A stretch of 63,498 bases of DNA, the filler included. It is 5 parts of 5 records of this genome, joined end to end, with 100 filler letters (N's around TTAATTAATTAA, not from the genome) between each part and the next. Parts side by side here need not be neighbours in the genome. Positions count along the whole stretch, not along the records: positions 1 to 9,895 come from SRR20825010_5798; 4 more parts are not named here. The stretch is one strand, 5' to 3'. Positions within the stretch are counted from its first letter, which is position 1. The number at the start of each line of letters is the position of its first letter. Made by a program: the position numbers and the translations under genes. The notes under the pieces were generated by a model. It was given only the letters and a program-made list of their open reading frames with translations. It made no database searches and was not told where the DNA came from. Of the stretch, positions 1-9,243 are shown in pieces.

Positions 1-1
1 C

Positions 2-1771
2 AACACCCGTGCCTACTGCATCCTGCAGCTCGCTCTCGGGAACATGGGCAAGGCCGGTGGCGGCACCAACATCTTCCGCGGCCATGACAACGTCCAGGGC
101 GCGACCGATCTTGGCGTGCTGTCCCACACCCTGCCGGGTTATTACGGTCTCAGCACCGGTGCCTGGAAGCACTGGTCCCGGGTCTGGGATGTCGATTACG
201 ACTACATGCTCAGCCGGTTCGGCGACAAGAAGCTGATGGAATCCAGCGGCATTCCGGTGTCGCGCTGGATCGATGGCGTGCTTGAAGACAAGGCCAACAT
301 GGATCAGCCGAACAATGTTCGGGCCATGGTGCTTTGGGGTCATGCGCCGAACTCGCAGACCCGTATGGTCGAGATGAAGAAGGCGATGGAGAAACTCGAT
401 CTCCTCGTCGTCGTCGATCCATATCCGACTGTTTCGGCGGTTCTGCATGATCGCAAGGACGGGGTCTACCTGCTCCCGGCGGCAACGCAGTTCGAGACCT
501 ATGGTTCGGTTACCGCTTCCAATCGCTCCATCCAGTGGCGCGAAAAGGTGGTGGAGCCGCTGTTCGAATCCAAGACCGACCATGAGATCATGTATCTCTT
601 CGCCGAGAAATTCGGCATGGCCGACCAGATGTTCAAGAACATCAAGGTCAACGGCAAGGAGCCGCTGGTCGAGGATATCACTGCCGAGATCAACAAGGGC
701 ATGTGGACCATCGGCTATACAGGCCAGACGCCGGAACGGCTGCGTAAGCACATGGCCAACCAGCACACGTTCGACAAGACGACGCTGGAAGCCAGGGGCG
801 GTCCGTGCGACGGCGACTATTACGGTATGCCGTGGCCGTGTTGGGGCACGCCGGAGATGAACCATCCGGGCACCCCGATCCTGTACGATCCGTCGAAGCC
901 GGTATCCGAGGGCGGTCTTACCTTCCGTGCTCGCTTCGGTGTTGAACGGAACGGCGAGAACCTTCTGGCTGTCGATTCCTATGGTGCCAATTCGGACCTG
1001 AAGGACGGATATCCGGAATTCACCATGGCCATGCTGAAGAAGCTTGGCTGGGACAATGAGCTGACCGACGAAGAACGGAAAACCATCGAAGGTATTTCCG
1101 GCGACAAGACGAACTGGAAGACCGACCTTTCCGGCGGTATCCAGCGCGTTGCGATCGCTCACGAATGCTCGCCGTTCGGCAACGCAAAGGCACGTGCCGT
1201 GGTCTGGACCTTCCCGGATCCTGTGCCGCTTCATCGCGAGCCGCTCTACACCTCGCGACGGGACCTCGTGGCGGATTACCCGACCTACGAGGACAGGAAG
1301 TCGTATCGCCTGCCGACGCTCTATGCGTCGATCCAGAAGAACGATTTCTCGAAGGACTTCCCGATCATCCTCACCTCCGGCCGTCTGGTCGAATATGAGG
1401 GCGGCGGTGAAGAAACCCGGTCCAATCCCTGGCTGGCCGAGCTGCAGCAGGACATGTTTGTCGAGATCAATCCCCGCGATGCCAACAATTACGGCATCAG
1501 AGACGGGCAGATGGTCTGGCTGACGGGTCCGGAGAACGGCAAGGTCAAGGTCAAGGCGATGGTCACCGAACGGGTCGGCACAGGCGTTGCCTTCATGCCG
1601 TTCCACTTCGGCGGGCATTTCCAGGGCAAGGATCTCCGGAGCAAGTATCCGGACGGTGCGGACCCTTATGTCCTCGGCGAATCGTCAAACACTGCGCAGA
1701 CCTACGGCTACGATTCGGTCACGCAGATGCAGGAAACCAAAGCGACCCTGTGTCGTATTGAGCCTGCGTAA
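2..1771 (+). CDS. fdhA: Formate dehydrogenase catalytic alpha subunit (Mo/W-bis-PGD), 5'-truncated
   Basis: Frame open from nt 2 (NTRAYCILQLALGNMG...); RGHDNVQG, LLPAATQFE and LTSGRLVEY motifs; followed by FdhB and FdhC. Confidence 0.95.
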   Translation, partial: NTRAYCILQLALGNMGKAGGGTNIFRGHDNVQGATDLGVLSHTLPGYYGLSTGAWKHWSRVWDVDYDYMLSRFGDKKLMESSGIPVSRWIDGVLEDKANMDQPNNVRAMVLWGHAPNSQTRMVEMKKAMEKLDLLVVVDPYPTVSAVLHDRKDGVYLLPAATQFETYGSVTASNRSIQWREKVVEPLFESKTDHEIMYLFAEKFGMADQMFKNIKVNGKEPLVEDITAEINKGMWTIGYTGQTPERLRKHMANQHTFDKTTLEARGGPCDGDYYGMPWPCWGTPEMNHPGTPILYDPSKPVSEGGLTFRARFGVERNGENLLAVDSYGANSDLKDGYPEFTMAMLKKLGWDNELTDEERKTIEGISGDKTNWKTDLSGGIQRVAIAHECSPFGNAKARAVVWTFPDPVPLHREPLYTSRRDLVADYPTYEDRKSYRLPTLYASIQKNDFSKDFPIILTSGRLVEYEGGGEETRSNPWLAELQQDMFVEINPRDANNYGIRDGQMVWLTGPENGKVKVKAMVTERVGTGVAFMPFHFGGHFQGKDLRSKYPDGADPYVLGESSNTAQTYGYDSVTQMQETKATLCRIEPA

Positions 1772-1783
1772 GGGAGCGAAACA

Positions 1784-2380
1784 ATGGCACGTATGAAGTT
1801 CCTCTGTGACGCCGAGCGCTGCATCGAATGCAACGCCTGTGTCACGGCCTGCAAAAACGAGCATGAGGTTCCCTGGGGGGTAAACCGCCGGCGCGTCGTC
1901 ACGATCAATGACGGCAAGCCGGGCGAACGGTCCATCTCGGTGGCCTGCATGCACTGCTCCGACGCACCCTGCATGGCGGTGTGCCCGGTCGATTGCTTCT
2001 ATCAGACCGACGAGGGTGTGGTTCTGCACTCCAAGGATCTGTGCATCGGCTGTGGTTATTGCCTCTATGCCTGCCCGTTCGGGGCACCCCAATACCCGCA
2101 AGCCGGCAATTTCGGCAGCCGCGGCAAGATGGACAAGTGCACCTTCTGCGCTGGTGGTCCGGAAGACGACAACAGCACGGCCGAGTTCCAGAAGTACGGA
2201 CGGAACCGGCTGGCCGAGGGCAAGCTCCCGCTCTGTGCGGAAATGTGCTCGACCAAGGCTTTGCTGGCTGGTGACGGAGACGTCGTGTCTGCGATCTATC
2301 GCGAGCGGACCGTGGCTCGGGGCTTCGGCTCCGGTGCCTGGGGCTGGGGTACAGCCTACGATCAGAAAACCGGCGGGTAA
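1784..2380 (+). CDS. fdhB: Formate dehydrogenase FDH3-type iron-sulfur beta subunit
   Basis: Four Cys clusters (CIECNACVTAC, CMHCSDAPC, CIGCGYCLYACP, KCTFC); GGGAG RBS. Confidence 0.95.
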   Translation: MARMKFLCDAERCIECNACVTACKNEHEVPWGVNRRRVVTINDGKPGERSISVACMHCSDAPCMAVCPVDCFYQTDEGVVLHSKDLCIGCGYCLYACPFGAPQYPQAGNFGSRGKMDKCTFCAGGPEDDNSTAEFQKYGRNRLAEGKLPLCAEMCSTKALLAGDGDVVSAIYRERTVARGFGSGAWGWGTAYDQKTGG

Positions 2381-2390
2381 CCGCTGGACC

Positions 2391-2415
2391 CCGGGGGCCG
2401 TTCTGCGGCCCCCGG
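2391..2415 (+). terminator. GC-rich intra-operon hairpin (mRNA stabiliser or weak terminator)
   Basis: CCGGGGGCCG-TTCTG-CGGCCCCCGG perfect 10-bp stem just after the fdhB stop; only a short T run follows. Confidence 0.5.
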
Positions 2416-2558
2416 CCCGGTCTTTGACCAAACACGTGCGTATCCGGCCCGATCCGCCTCACCGTATCTCAGGGCGTCGTGTCTGGATTTCGGCCGGATG
2501 TCCATGGATCGCGATAGCGAAAACGGACGCATTGCATCTTTCGAGGAGTCAAACGGAC

Positions 2559-2765
2559 ATGATTTCATTTCGTCCGACATGGATTCGCGGCGCGGCACTC
2601 GCGGTGCTCGTCCTGGCGCTGCTTGGCGGCTGCCGTGAGACGGAGCAGGACCGTGTGCTCCTGTATAAAAAAGGCACTTACCTAGGCAAGACGGACCAGC
2701 TCTTGTCAGAGGAAACCCTGTCGGAGCTTCGCGAGCGCGGCCGCCGGCAGAGTTTTGACCTCTAA
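2559..2765 (+). CDS. 68-aa lipoprotein inside the fdh operon
   Basis: GAGGAG RBS at 2543-2548; signal peptide with lipobox LLGG-C; MISFRPTW...RQSFDL. Confidence 0.75.
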   Translation: MISFRPTWIRGAALAVLVLALLGGCRETEQDRVLLYKKGTYLGKTDQLLSEETLSELRERGRRQSFDL

Positions 2766-2784
2766 GCCTCGGGGGAATCACAAG

Positions 2785-3870
2785 ATGACATTCTCGGCTT
2801 TCACCAAATATCTCGCCGGTCTGGCCGCGGTCGTGACTCTCATCGCGGGTCTCGGCGTGATGACGGGCACGAGCACCTTCGTCTCGGAAGCTTCCGCGCA
2901 ACAGACGGGGCACGTTCCGGGCAATGCGCTCGGCACCTCCAGCGATGCCGACTTCTGGCGCCAGATCCGACAGGGTGAACAAGGCAATGTGTCGATCCCG
3001 AATGCCCGCGCCGGTGTGCTGATCCAGTCCGAAGGTGATAACTGGCGGGCGTTCCGCAATGGTCCGCTCTCCGTGTTCGGCGCCTGGGCCTTGCTTGGCA
3101 TTATCATTCTGCTCTGCATTTTCTTTATCATCCGCGGCCGGATCAGGGTCGAGCACGGCCTTAGCGGCAAATTGATAGAGCGCTTCAATACGGTTGAACG
3201 GTTCGCCCACTGGCTGACCGCGACGAGCTTCGTGGTGCTGGCACTCACTGGCCTCAACGTGCTGTACGGCCGCTATGCGCTGCTACCGCTGATCGGCGCG
3301 GATGCCTTCTCGGTCATCACCATCGCGGGCAAATATCTGCACAATTATCTCGCCTTTGCCTTCATGGTGGGCGTGGTGATGATGTTCGTGATGTGGGTCG
3401 GCCACAATATTCCGAACCGGACCGACTTGAACTGGATCGCCAAGGCCGGTGGCCTGTTATCCAAGGGTGTCCACCCGCCGGCGAAGAAATTCAATGCCGG
3501 TCAGAAGCTGATCTTCTGGTCTGTCATCATCGGCGGTGCCTCGATCAGTGTCTCCGGTATCGCCTTGCTGTTCCCGTTCGAGATCCAGATGTTCGGCAAG
3601 ACCTTTGCCTTCATCAATATCTTCGGCGCGGATCTGCCGACCGAGCTGACAGTGATGCAGGAAATGCAGCTGTCCCAGCTCTGGCATTCAATCGTCGCGA
3701 TCGGCCTGATCATGGTTATCATCGCGCATATCTATATCGGCTCCATCGGTATGGAAGGCGCATTCGATGCCATGGGCAGCGGCAAGGTGGACGAGAACTG
3801 GGCCAAAGAGCATCACAGCCTCTGGGTCGAAGAAGTTAAGGCCCACCAAGCCTCGTCCGGTTCGGACTAG
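2785..3870 (+). CDS. fdhC: Formate dehydrogenase gamma subunit (cytochrome b, FdnI/FdhC-like) with N-terminal extension
   Basis: ERFAHW, YLHNY, KFNAGQK, LWH...AHIYIG heme-b His pattern; C-terminal WAKEHH; GGGGGA RBS. Confidence 0.92.
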   Translation: MTFSAFTKYLAGLAAVVTLIAGLGVMTGTSTFVSEASAQQTGHVPGNALGTSSDADFWRQIRQGEQGNVSIPNARAGVLIQSEGDNWRAFRNGPLSVFGAWALLGIIILLCIFFIIRGRIRVEHGLSGKLIERFNTVERFAHWLTATSFVVLALTGLNVLYGRYALLPLIGADAFSVITIAGKYLHNYLAFAFMVGVVMMFVMWVGHNIPNRTDLNWIAKAGGLLSKGVHPPAKKFNAGQKLIFWSVIIGGASISVSGIALLFPFEIQMFGKTFAFINIFGADLPTELTVMQEMQLSQLWHSIVAIGLIMVIIAHIYIGSIGMEGAFDAMGSGKVDENWAKEHHSLWVEEVKAHQASSGSD

Positions 3871-3891
3871 GTGTGACGGCCGAGACCCATC

Positions 3892-5280
3892 GTGCGACGA
3901 GGGAACGGCAGCACTTTACGATCTGAGACAGGCACGAGCCTTTGCCGGCTGGTGCCTGTTCTCCTCGCCTTGCTCTGTATTCTCCCGCCTCGCTCGCCGG
4001 CTTATGCGGAGCTGGTCGGCCATGGTGGGCCGGTACATGCCATCGCTGTCTCTGACGATGGCGAAACGGCACTGACCGCGGGCTTCGATTATTCCGTCAT
4101 TCACTGGGACCTGGCCGCCGAGAAAGCCCTTACCCTGATGTATGGCCATGATGCGGCCGTCGGTGACGTCGCTTTCGTCCGGCAGACCGGGCTGGTTGTG
4201 TCCGGCGGCAATGATGGCGCCGTCTATCTCTGGCGGATCGGGGAGGCGGAGCCTCTGCGCGTCCTGCACCGGCATGACGGGAACGTGTCGGCGGTGGCCG
4301 TGTCTCCGGACGGAAATCTGATCGCCTCCGCCGGGTTCGACGGCATGGTCCGGATCAGCCCGGTTGCCGGCGATGCCGCCCCGATGGTTCTGAAAGGCCA
4401 TGCCGGGCCGGTCAATGCAGTCCTCTTTACCGGCGATGGCGAACGGCTCCTGAGTGCGGGCTATGACGGCACGATACGCCTTTGGACACCCGCCACGCAG
4501 GTGTCGGAACTCTTTGCCGAAATCGGATTGCCGGTGAACCGGCTGTCCCTTTCGCCGGACGGCAAGACACTTGTGGTTGCCGGGACCGATGAGGCCGTCC
4601 GCCTGTTCGATACGGAGAGCCGGAAGGAGCGCCGGTTCATGCTTGGGCATGAAGCACCAGTGCTTTCAATCGCCATTACGCCGGACGGTAAGCGGTTCGC
4701 AACAGGCGGGGCACGGGGGCAGATCGTCTTCTGGTCGCTTGCGGATGGACGGCCGCTGAAGACGCTCCGGGGGCATAAGGGGCCGGTCTGGTCGGTTGCC
4801 TTCACACCGGGCGGTGGTCAGCTCCTGTCCGCCGGACGCGATGGGCGGGTGATCCGCTGGGATCTCGAAACCGGTTTGCAGGTCGGGGACGGGCATACGG
4901 AGGCCGATACGCCTTACGTGCCGCCGGGCGACGCACTGGCGGCGCGCGGCGCGAAATTGTTCGGAACCTGTGCCGTCTGTCACACCCTGACACCGGATGG
5001 CGGTCACCGGGCCGGGCCGACGCTCTATGGCGTGTTCGGCCGCCGGGTCGGCACGGTCGCCGGATATCCCTATTCGAAAGCCCTGCGCGAGAGCGACATC
5101 ATCTGGAACGAGCAGACTATCGGTGCGCTCTTCGAGAAGGGGCCGCAGCATGTGGTTCCGGGTACCAAGATGCCATTGCAGCGGCTTCGCAGCTCCGAGG
5201 ACCGGCGCGCGTTGCTGCATTTTTTACGTCAGGCATTGGCGTTTGCTGAACGTCAAGCCGGACAAAACAAAGGAGAATGA
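3892..5280 (+). CDS. Exported seven-repeat WD40 protein fused to a C-terminal c2-like cytochrome c
   Basis: Signal peptide ending AYA; seven WD40-type repeats; CAVCH heme motif, GPTLYGVFGR and PGTKMP. Confidence 0.88.
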   Translation: MRRGNGSTLRSETGTSLCRLVPVLLALLCILPPRSPAYAELVGHGGPVHAIAVSDDGETALTAGFDYSVIHWDLAAEKALTLMYGHDAAVGDVAFVRQTGLVVSGGNDGAVYLWRIGEAEPLRVLHRHDGNVSAVAVSPDGNLIASAGFDGMVRISPVAGDAAPMVLKGHAGPVNAVLFTGDGERLLSAGYDGTIRLWTPATQVSELFAEIGLPVNRLSLSPDGKTLVVAGTDEAVRLFDTESRKERRFMLGHEAPVLSIAITPDGKRFATGGARGQIVFWSLADGRPLKTLRGHKGPVWSVAFTPGGGQLLSAGRDGRVIRWDLETGLQVGDGHTEADTPYVPPGDALAARGAKLFGTCAVCHTLTPDGGHRAGPTLYGVFGRRVGTVAGYPYSKALRESDIIWNEQTIGALFEKGPQHVVPGTKMPLQRLRSSEDRRALLHFLRQALAFAERQAGQNKGE

Positions 5281-5281
5281 A

Positions 5282-5413
5282 ATGAAAGCCTTCGTCGCCG
5301 CCCTGATCGGTCTGGTCGTCATCACCGGCGTTGCCTGGGGTGGCCTCCATCTGGTCGATTTCAGCACCAAGACAGTTAACCAGTCAGACACGGGCGCCGT
5401 CCGGCTTGAATGA
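5282..5413 (+). CDS. 43-aa single-pass membrane peptide
   Basis: AGGAGA RBS; ATG 1 nt after the upstream stop; its stop overlaps the next ATG (ATGA); hydrophobic N-terminus MKAFVAALIGLVVITGVAW. Confidence 0.7.
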   Translation: MKAFVAALIGLVVITGVAWGGLHLVDFSTKTVNQSDTGAVRLE

Positions 5414-5790
5414 TGCCTAGGGCTCTGGGGGGCATAGTGGTCGCGGCGCTGGCTGCCAGTGTTCCCGCCCGGGCGGACGACACCGCCCTTGCGGGCAAGG
5501 GGCGAGAGGTTGCGCTTGTTCATTGTGCCCGGTGCCATGTCGTCGATGCTGAAAAGAGGCTGGGCGGGATCGGCAGCACGCCATCCTTTCCATTGCTGAT
5601 GTCTTTGCCGGACGGTGAGCACCGCTTCGTCACCTTCTTCGATCGCCGCCCGCATCCCGTCTTCATCCGCATGGAGGGTGTCGAGCCGCTGACGCCATTG
5701 CCTGCTAACGCCGCCGAAGCCGAGTTGACCGTTGATGATCTCGATGCGCTGCTCGCCTATGCTCTTTCCCTGAAATCGGCTGCGGATTGA
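5410..5790 (+). CDS. Periplasmic monoheme cytochrome c
   Basis: Signal peptide; CARCH motif; C-terminal helix LTVDDLDALLAY. Confidence 0.85.
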   Translation: MMPRALGGIVVAALAASVPARADDTALAGKGREVALVHCARCHVVDAEKRLGGIGSTPSFPLLMSLPDGEHRFVTFFDRRPHPVFIRMEGVEPLTPLPANAAEAELTVDDLDALLAYALSLKSAAD

Positions 5791-5855
5791 CGGGGGCTGG
5801 TGCCGCCAGTAAGGCTTGCGGAGATGATTTTCACGATCTGCGAACCGCGAAGCCA

Positions 5856-6770
5856 ATGACCGTTCCGTCCCCCGCCTACCTGACCGTTCGCGAGCTTGCG
5901 GAATTACTGCGGGTGAAAGAGCGCAAGATCTACCAACTCGTGGCCGACGGTGAGGTGCCTTGCCGCCGGGTCACCGGAAAGCTGCTGTTCCCCCGTCAGG
6001 AGATCGAGGCCTGGATCACGGGAGAAGCCGCCCCTGCCGGAACTTTATCCGCCCCCGCTCCATCCATGGCAGAGGAGCCCGCCCGTGCGGGGATTGTCGC
6101 GGGCAGCCATGACCCCCTGCTCGACTGGGCCTTGCGGGAGTCCGGCGCTGGTCTGCCGACCCTGTTTGACGGAAGCCTCGACGGTATTGCCCGGTTCGAG
6201 AAGCGGGAGGCGTCGGTCGCGGGCATCCATATTCCTGAAGAAGATGGCGATGGCTGGAATCTCTCGGCGGTTCAGGCACTCGGCCCCGCGCGGGATGCCG
6301 TGCTGATCGCCTGGGCAGTTCGCAGCCGCGGCCTGATCGTCGCGCCGGGAAATCCGCGCGCTATCGGCGGGATCGCGGATCTTGCCGGAAAGGCTGTGGC
6401 GCAGAGGCAGGCGCATGCCGGAAGCCAGTTGCTGCTGGAACAATTGATGGCGCGTGCCGGGCTGGCGGAAGCGGATGTGTCTTGGTTGGAAGCTCCCGCG
6501 CGGACGGAAACGGACGTGGCCGAAGCGGTGCGTGCGGGCCGGGCCGATGCCGGTCTCGGGCTTTCTGCGGCGGCAGTGCCGCATGGCCTCGATTTCATCC
6601 CCCTGGTCGAGGAACGGTTCGATCTGCTGGTCTGCCGGAAGTTTTATTTCGAGCCGCCGTTCCAGGCCCTGCTCGCTTTTGCGGCGGGACCGGCCTTCCG
6701 CGCGCGGGCGGCGGAACTTGGCGGATACGACGTGTCCGAATGCGGCCGGGTCAGGGACAACGCGCCCTGA
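5856..6770 (+). CDS. Excisionase-type HTH plus PBP-like oxyanion-binding transcriptional regulator (TaoR-like)
   Basis: YLTVRELAELLRVKERKIY...GKLLFPR excisionase-like HTH; GSHDPLL, GSLDG and ERFDL PBP domain; next to tup and fdh genes. Confidence 0.85.
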   Translation: MTVPSPAYLTVRELAELLRVKERKIYQLVADGEVPCRRVTGKLLFPRQEIEAWITGEAAPAGTLSAPAPSMAEEPARAGIVAGSHDPLLDWALRESGAGLPTLFDGSLDGIARFEKREASVAGIHIPEEDGDGWNLSAVQALGPARDAVLIAWAVRSRGLIVAPGNPRAIGGIADLAGKAVAQRQAHAGSQLLLEQLMARAGLAEADVSWLEAPARTETDVAEAVRAGRADAGLGLSAAAVPHGLDFIPLVEERFDLLVCRKFYFEPPFQALLAFAAGPAFRARAAELGGYDVSECGRVRDNAP

Positions 6771-6788
6771 CCCTCGCCTTGATGTGGT

Positions 6789-7619
6789 TCAGCTTGCGTT
6801 CGCGAAGAACAGCTGCTGGCCGTTCAGCTTGTAGCTGTTGATGGTCTTCTGGCCTTCCTCGCCGGTCACCCAGTCGATGAAGCTCTGGCCGAGTTCCTTC
6901 TTCACCGCCGGATGCTTGGCCGGGTTCACCAGAATGACGCCATACTGGTTGAACAGGACCTTGTCGCCCTCGACCTGGATCTTGAAATCGCCCTTGTTCT
7001 TGAAGCTGATCCAGGTGGCCCGGTCGGTCAGCGCATAGGCGCCCATGCCGACGGCGGCATTCAGGGTCGCGCCCATGCCGGAGCCGGTCTCACGATACCA
7101 GGAGCCGCTGGAGGCATCGGCATCGACCCCGGCCGATTTCCAGAGAAGTTTTTCCTTCTTGTGCGTGCCGCTGTCATCGCCGCGCGATGCAAAAGGCGTT
7201 TTCGCATCGGCGATCATCTTCAGCGCTGCCGGGGCGTCCTTCATGCCGCCGACTTTCGCCGGATCGGCCGCCGGGCCGACAATGACGAAATCGTTGAACA
7301 TGACGTCCTGGCGCTTAACGCCGAAACCTTCGGAGACGAATTTTTCTTCCGAGGGTTTGGCGTGCACGAACAGCACGTCGCCGTCACCGTTGCGGGCATT
7401 CTTCAGCGCCTGACCGGTGCCGACGGCCACGACCCGGACTTCGATGCCGGTCTTTTTGGTGAAGATCGGCAGCATGTAATCGAACAGACCCGAGTTCTGC
7501 GTCGATGTGGTCGATTGCACGGTGATGAACTTGTCGGCGGCAAGGGCGCCGCCGTTGCCGGTGACGGCAAGCATCGCGGCGAGCGCGAGGCCTCCGATCA
7601 AAATTCTCAAATGCTTCAT
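6789..7619 (-). CDS. tupA: Tungstate ABC transporter substrate-binding protein
   Basis: STTSTQNSGL, VGTGQAL, SRGDDSGTH, YALTDRATW. Confidence 0.92.
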   Translation of the reverse strand: MKHLRILIGGLALAAMLAVTGNGGALAADKFITVQSTTSTQNSGLFDYMLPIFTKKTGIEVRVVAVGTGQALKNARNGDGDVLFVHAKPSEEKFVSEGFGVKRQDVMFNDFVIVGPAADPAKVGGMKDAPAALKMIADAKTPFASRGDDSGTHKKEKLLWKSAGVDADASSGSWYRETGSGMGATLNAAVGMGAYALTDRATWISFKNKGDFKIQVEGDKVLFNQYGVILVNPAKHPAVKKELGQSFIDWVTGEEGQKTINSYKLNGQQLFFANAS

Positions 7620-7657
7620 CTCTTTCGCTCCCATTGTCCGTTTCATTTACGGCTTGG

Positions 7658-8437
7658 TCAGGCACCGTCCGGCAGATGCAGCCGTCCGGCCAGGTAGTCG
7701 CGCGCCGCGGCGCTCGACGGTTTCTCGAAGAAGGTGGCGGCCGCGCTCTGCTCGGCGATCCGGCCCCGGTCCATGAAGATGATCTCGGCGGCGAGGCGCC
7801 GGGCCTGATGGATGTCATGGCTGATCATGACGATCTTGCAGCCGCGCCGTTCCGCCGCCAGCACCAGCGTCTCGATGGCGGCGGTGGAGGCGGGGTCGAG
7901 GCTGGCTGTCGGCTCGTCCAGGAACAGCACGTCCGGCCGCAGGCTGAGGGCGCGTGCAAGGGCGAGGCGCTGCTGCTCGCCCCCGGAGAGAACACGGGCA
8001 GGACGCGCCGCCAGATGCGCGATGCCAGCTTCCTGCAGGGCTTCGGCCGTCCGTGTGTCGCGCTCGCCACGGGGCACGCCTGCCGCTTTCAGGGCATGAT
8101 CGAGATTGGCCGTGACAGACCGGCGCAGCAGCACCGGTTTCTGGAATACCATGGCCTGGCGTCTGCGGATTTCCAGATTGGCGGTCTGTCCCCGCCAGGT
8201 CACCGTACCGGCGCTCGCCGGGATCAGCCCGTGCAGGATACGCATCAGGATGCTTTTCCCGGCGCCGTTCGGCCCGAGGATCATGCTGATGCCGCCTTCG
8301 GCGATCTGCAGGCTCACCTTGTCCAGCAGGGCAAGCCCGTCAGGCGCGTAGCTCAGGTCTTCGGCGCGCAGGGGCAGCAGCGGGTTGGTTGCCGCGAAGC
8401 TCGCATTCTGGCTGACATTTTGCGGGATGTTATTCAT
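7658..8437 (-). CDS. tupC: Tungstate ABC transporter ATPase
   Basis: GPNGAGKS Walker A, LSGGEQQR signature, LDEPT; start overlaps the tupB stop. Confidence 0.9.
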   Translation of the reverse strand: MNNIPQNVSQNASFAATNPLLPLRAEDLSYAPDGLALLDKVSLQIAEGGISMILGPNGAGKSILMRILHGLIPASAGTVTWRGQTANLEIRRRQAMVFQKPVLLRRSVTANLDHALKAAGVPRGERDTRTAEALQEAGIAHLAARPARVLSGGEQQRLALARALSLRPDVLFLDEPTASLDPASTAAIETLVLAAERRGCKIVMISHDIHQARRLAAEIIFMDRGRIAEQSAAATFFEKPSSAAARDYLAGRLHLPDGA

Positions 8438-9137
8438 AGGCAAACCGCCGCGCCGTCCCTTTCAGGGCCATCAGGGCCGCATTCACACTGATCGAGATGC
8501 CGATCAGGATGATGCCGAGTGCCAATGCCAGCGCCAGATCGCCTTTCGAGGTCTCCAGTGCGATGGCCGTCGTCATCACCCGGGTCACATGGTTGATGTT
8601 GCCGCCGACGATGATCACCGCCCCGACCTCCGCAACCGCCCGCCCGAAGCCGGCCAGCGCCACGGTGATCAGGGAGAACCGGCCATCCCAGAGCAGGGTG
8701 GTGAGGGTGGAGAGCGGGCCGAGGGCGAGGGAGCGCAATTGCTCGTCATATTCTTTATGCAGATCGGCGATCACTTGCCGGGTCAGCGCCGTCGCGATCG
8801 GTGTCACCAGTACGGTCTGCGCGATGATCATGGCGGTTGGCGAATAGAGCAGCTGGAAGGTGCCGAACGGCCCCGCGTTCGACAGCAGCATGTAGATCGC
8901 CAGCCCGACCACCACGGGCGGCAGGCCCATCATCGCGTTTGTCAGAACCAGCAGCACGCCGCGCCCCGGAAACCGGAAGATGGCGATGGCCGCCCCGAGG
9001 GACATGCCGATCATGCAGGCGCACAGGGTCGCGGACAGGCTGACCTTCAGCGACAGCAGCACGATCTCCGCGAGATCGGCGTCCGCGGAAAGGATGAGCC
9101 GAAAGGCCAGCGAGAATGATTCTGCAAAATCCTGCAT
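8430..9137 (-). CDS. tupB: Tungstate ABC transporter permease
   Basis: MGLPPVVVGL, GFGRAVAEVGAVIIVGGNI, TRVMTTAIALE. Confidence 0.92.
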   Translation of the reverse strand: MQDFAESFSLAFRLILSADADLAEIVLLSLKVSLSATLCACMIGMSLGAAIAIFRFPGRGVLLVLTNAMMGLPPVVVGLAIYMLLSNAGPFGTFQLLYSPTAMIIAQTVLVTPIATALTRQVIADLHKEYDEQLRSLALGPLSTLTTLLWDGRFSLITVALAGFGRAVAEVGAVIIVGGNINHVTRVMTTAIALETSKGDLALALALGIILIGISISVNAALMALKGTARRFAYE

Positions 9138-9243
9138 AATTTTACATTACAGGGTGTTTTTTACCGAGGCCAGTTGGTTTTCCGGCATGCGGGCGGCTCG
9201 GGAGGCATTGTTTTGCCGGAGACGCTGAGCCACGCTTCGAGCA

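Noticed and set aside
1908-2558. 285-aa ORF overlapping fdhB
   Set aside because: Alternate-frame shadow; only the last 68 codons have an RBS and protein-like features
5856-6030. Excisionase-like domain as a sign of a prophage or ICE
   Set aside because: Fused to a PBP-like domain as a regulator; no integrase or att sites nearby
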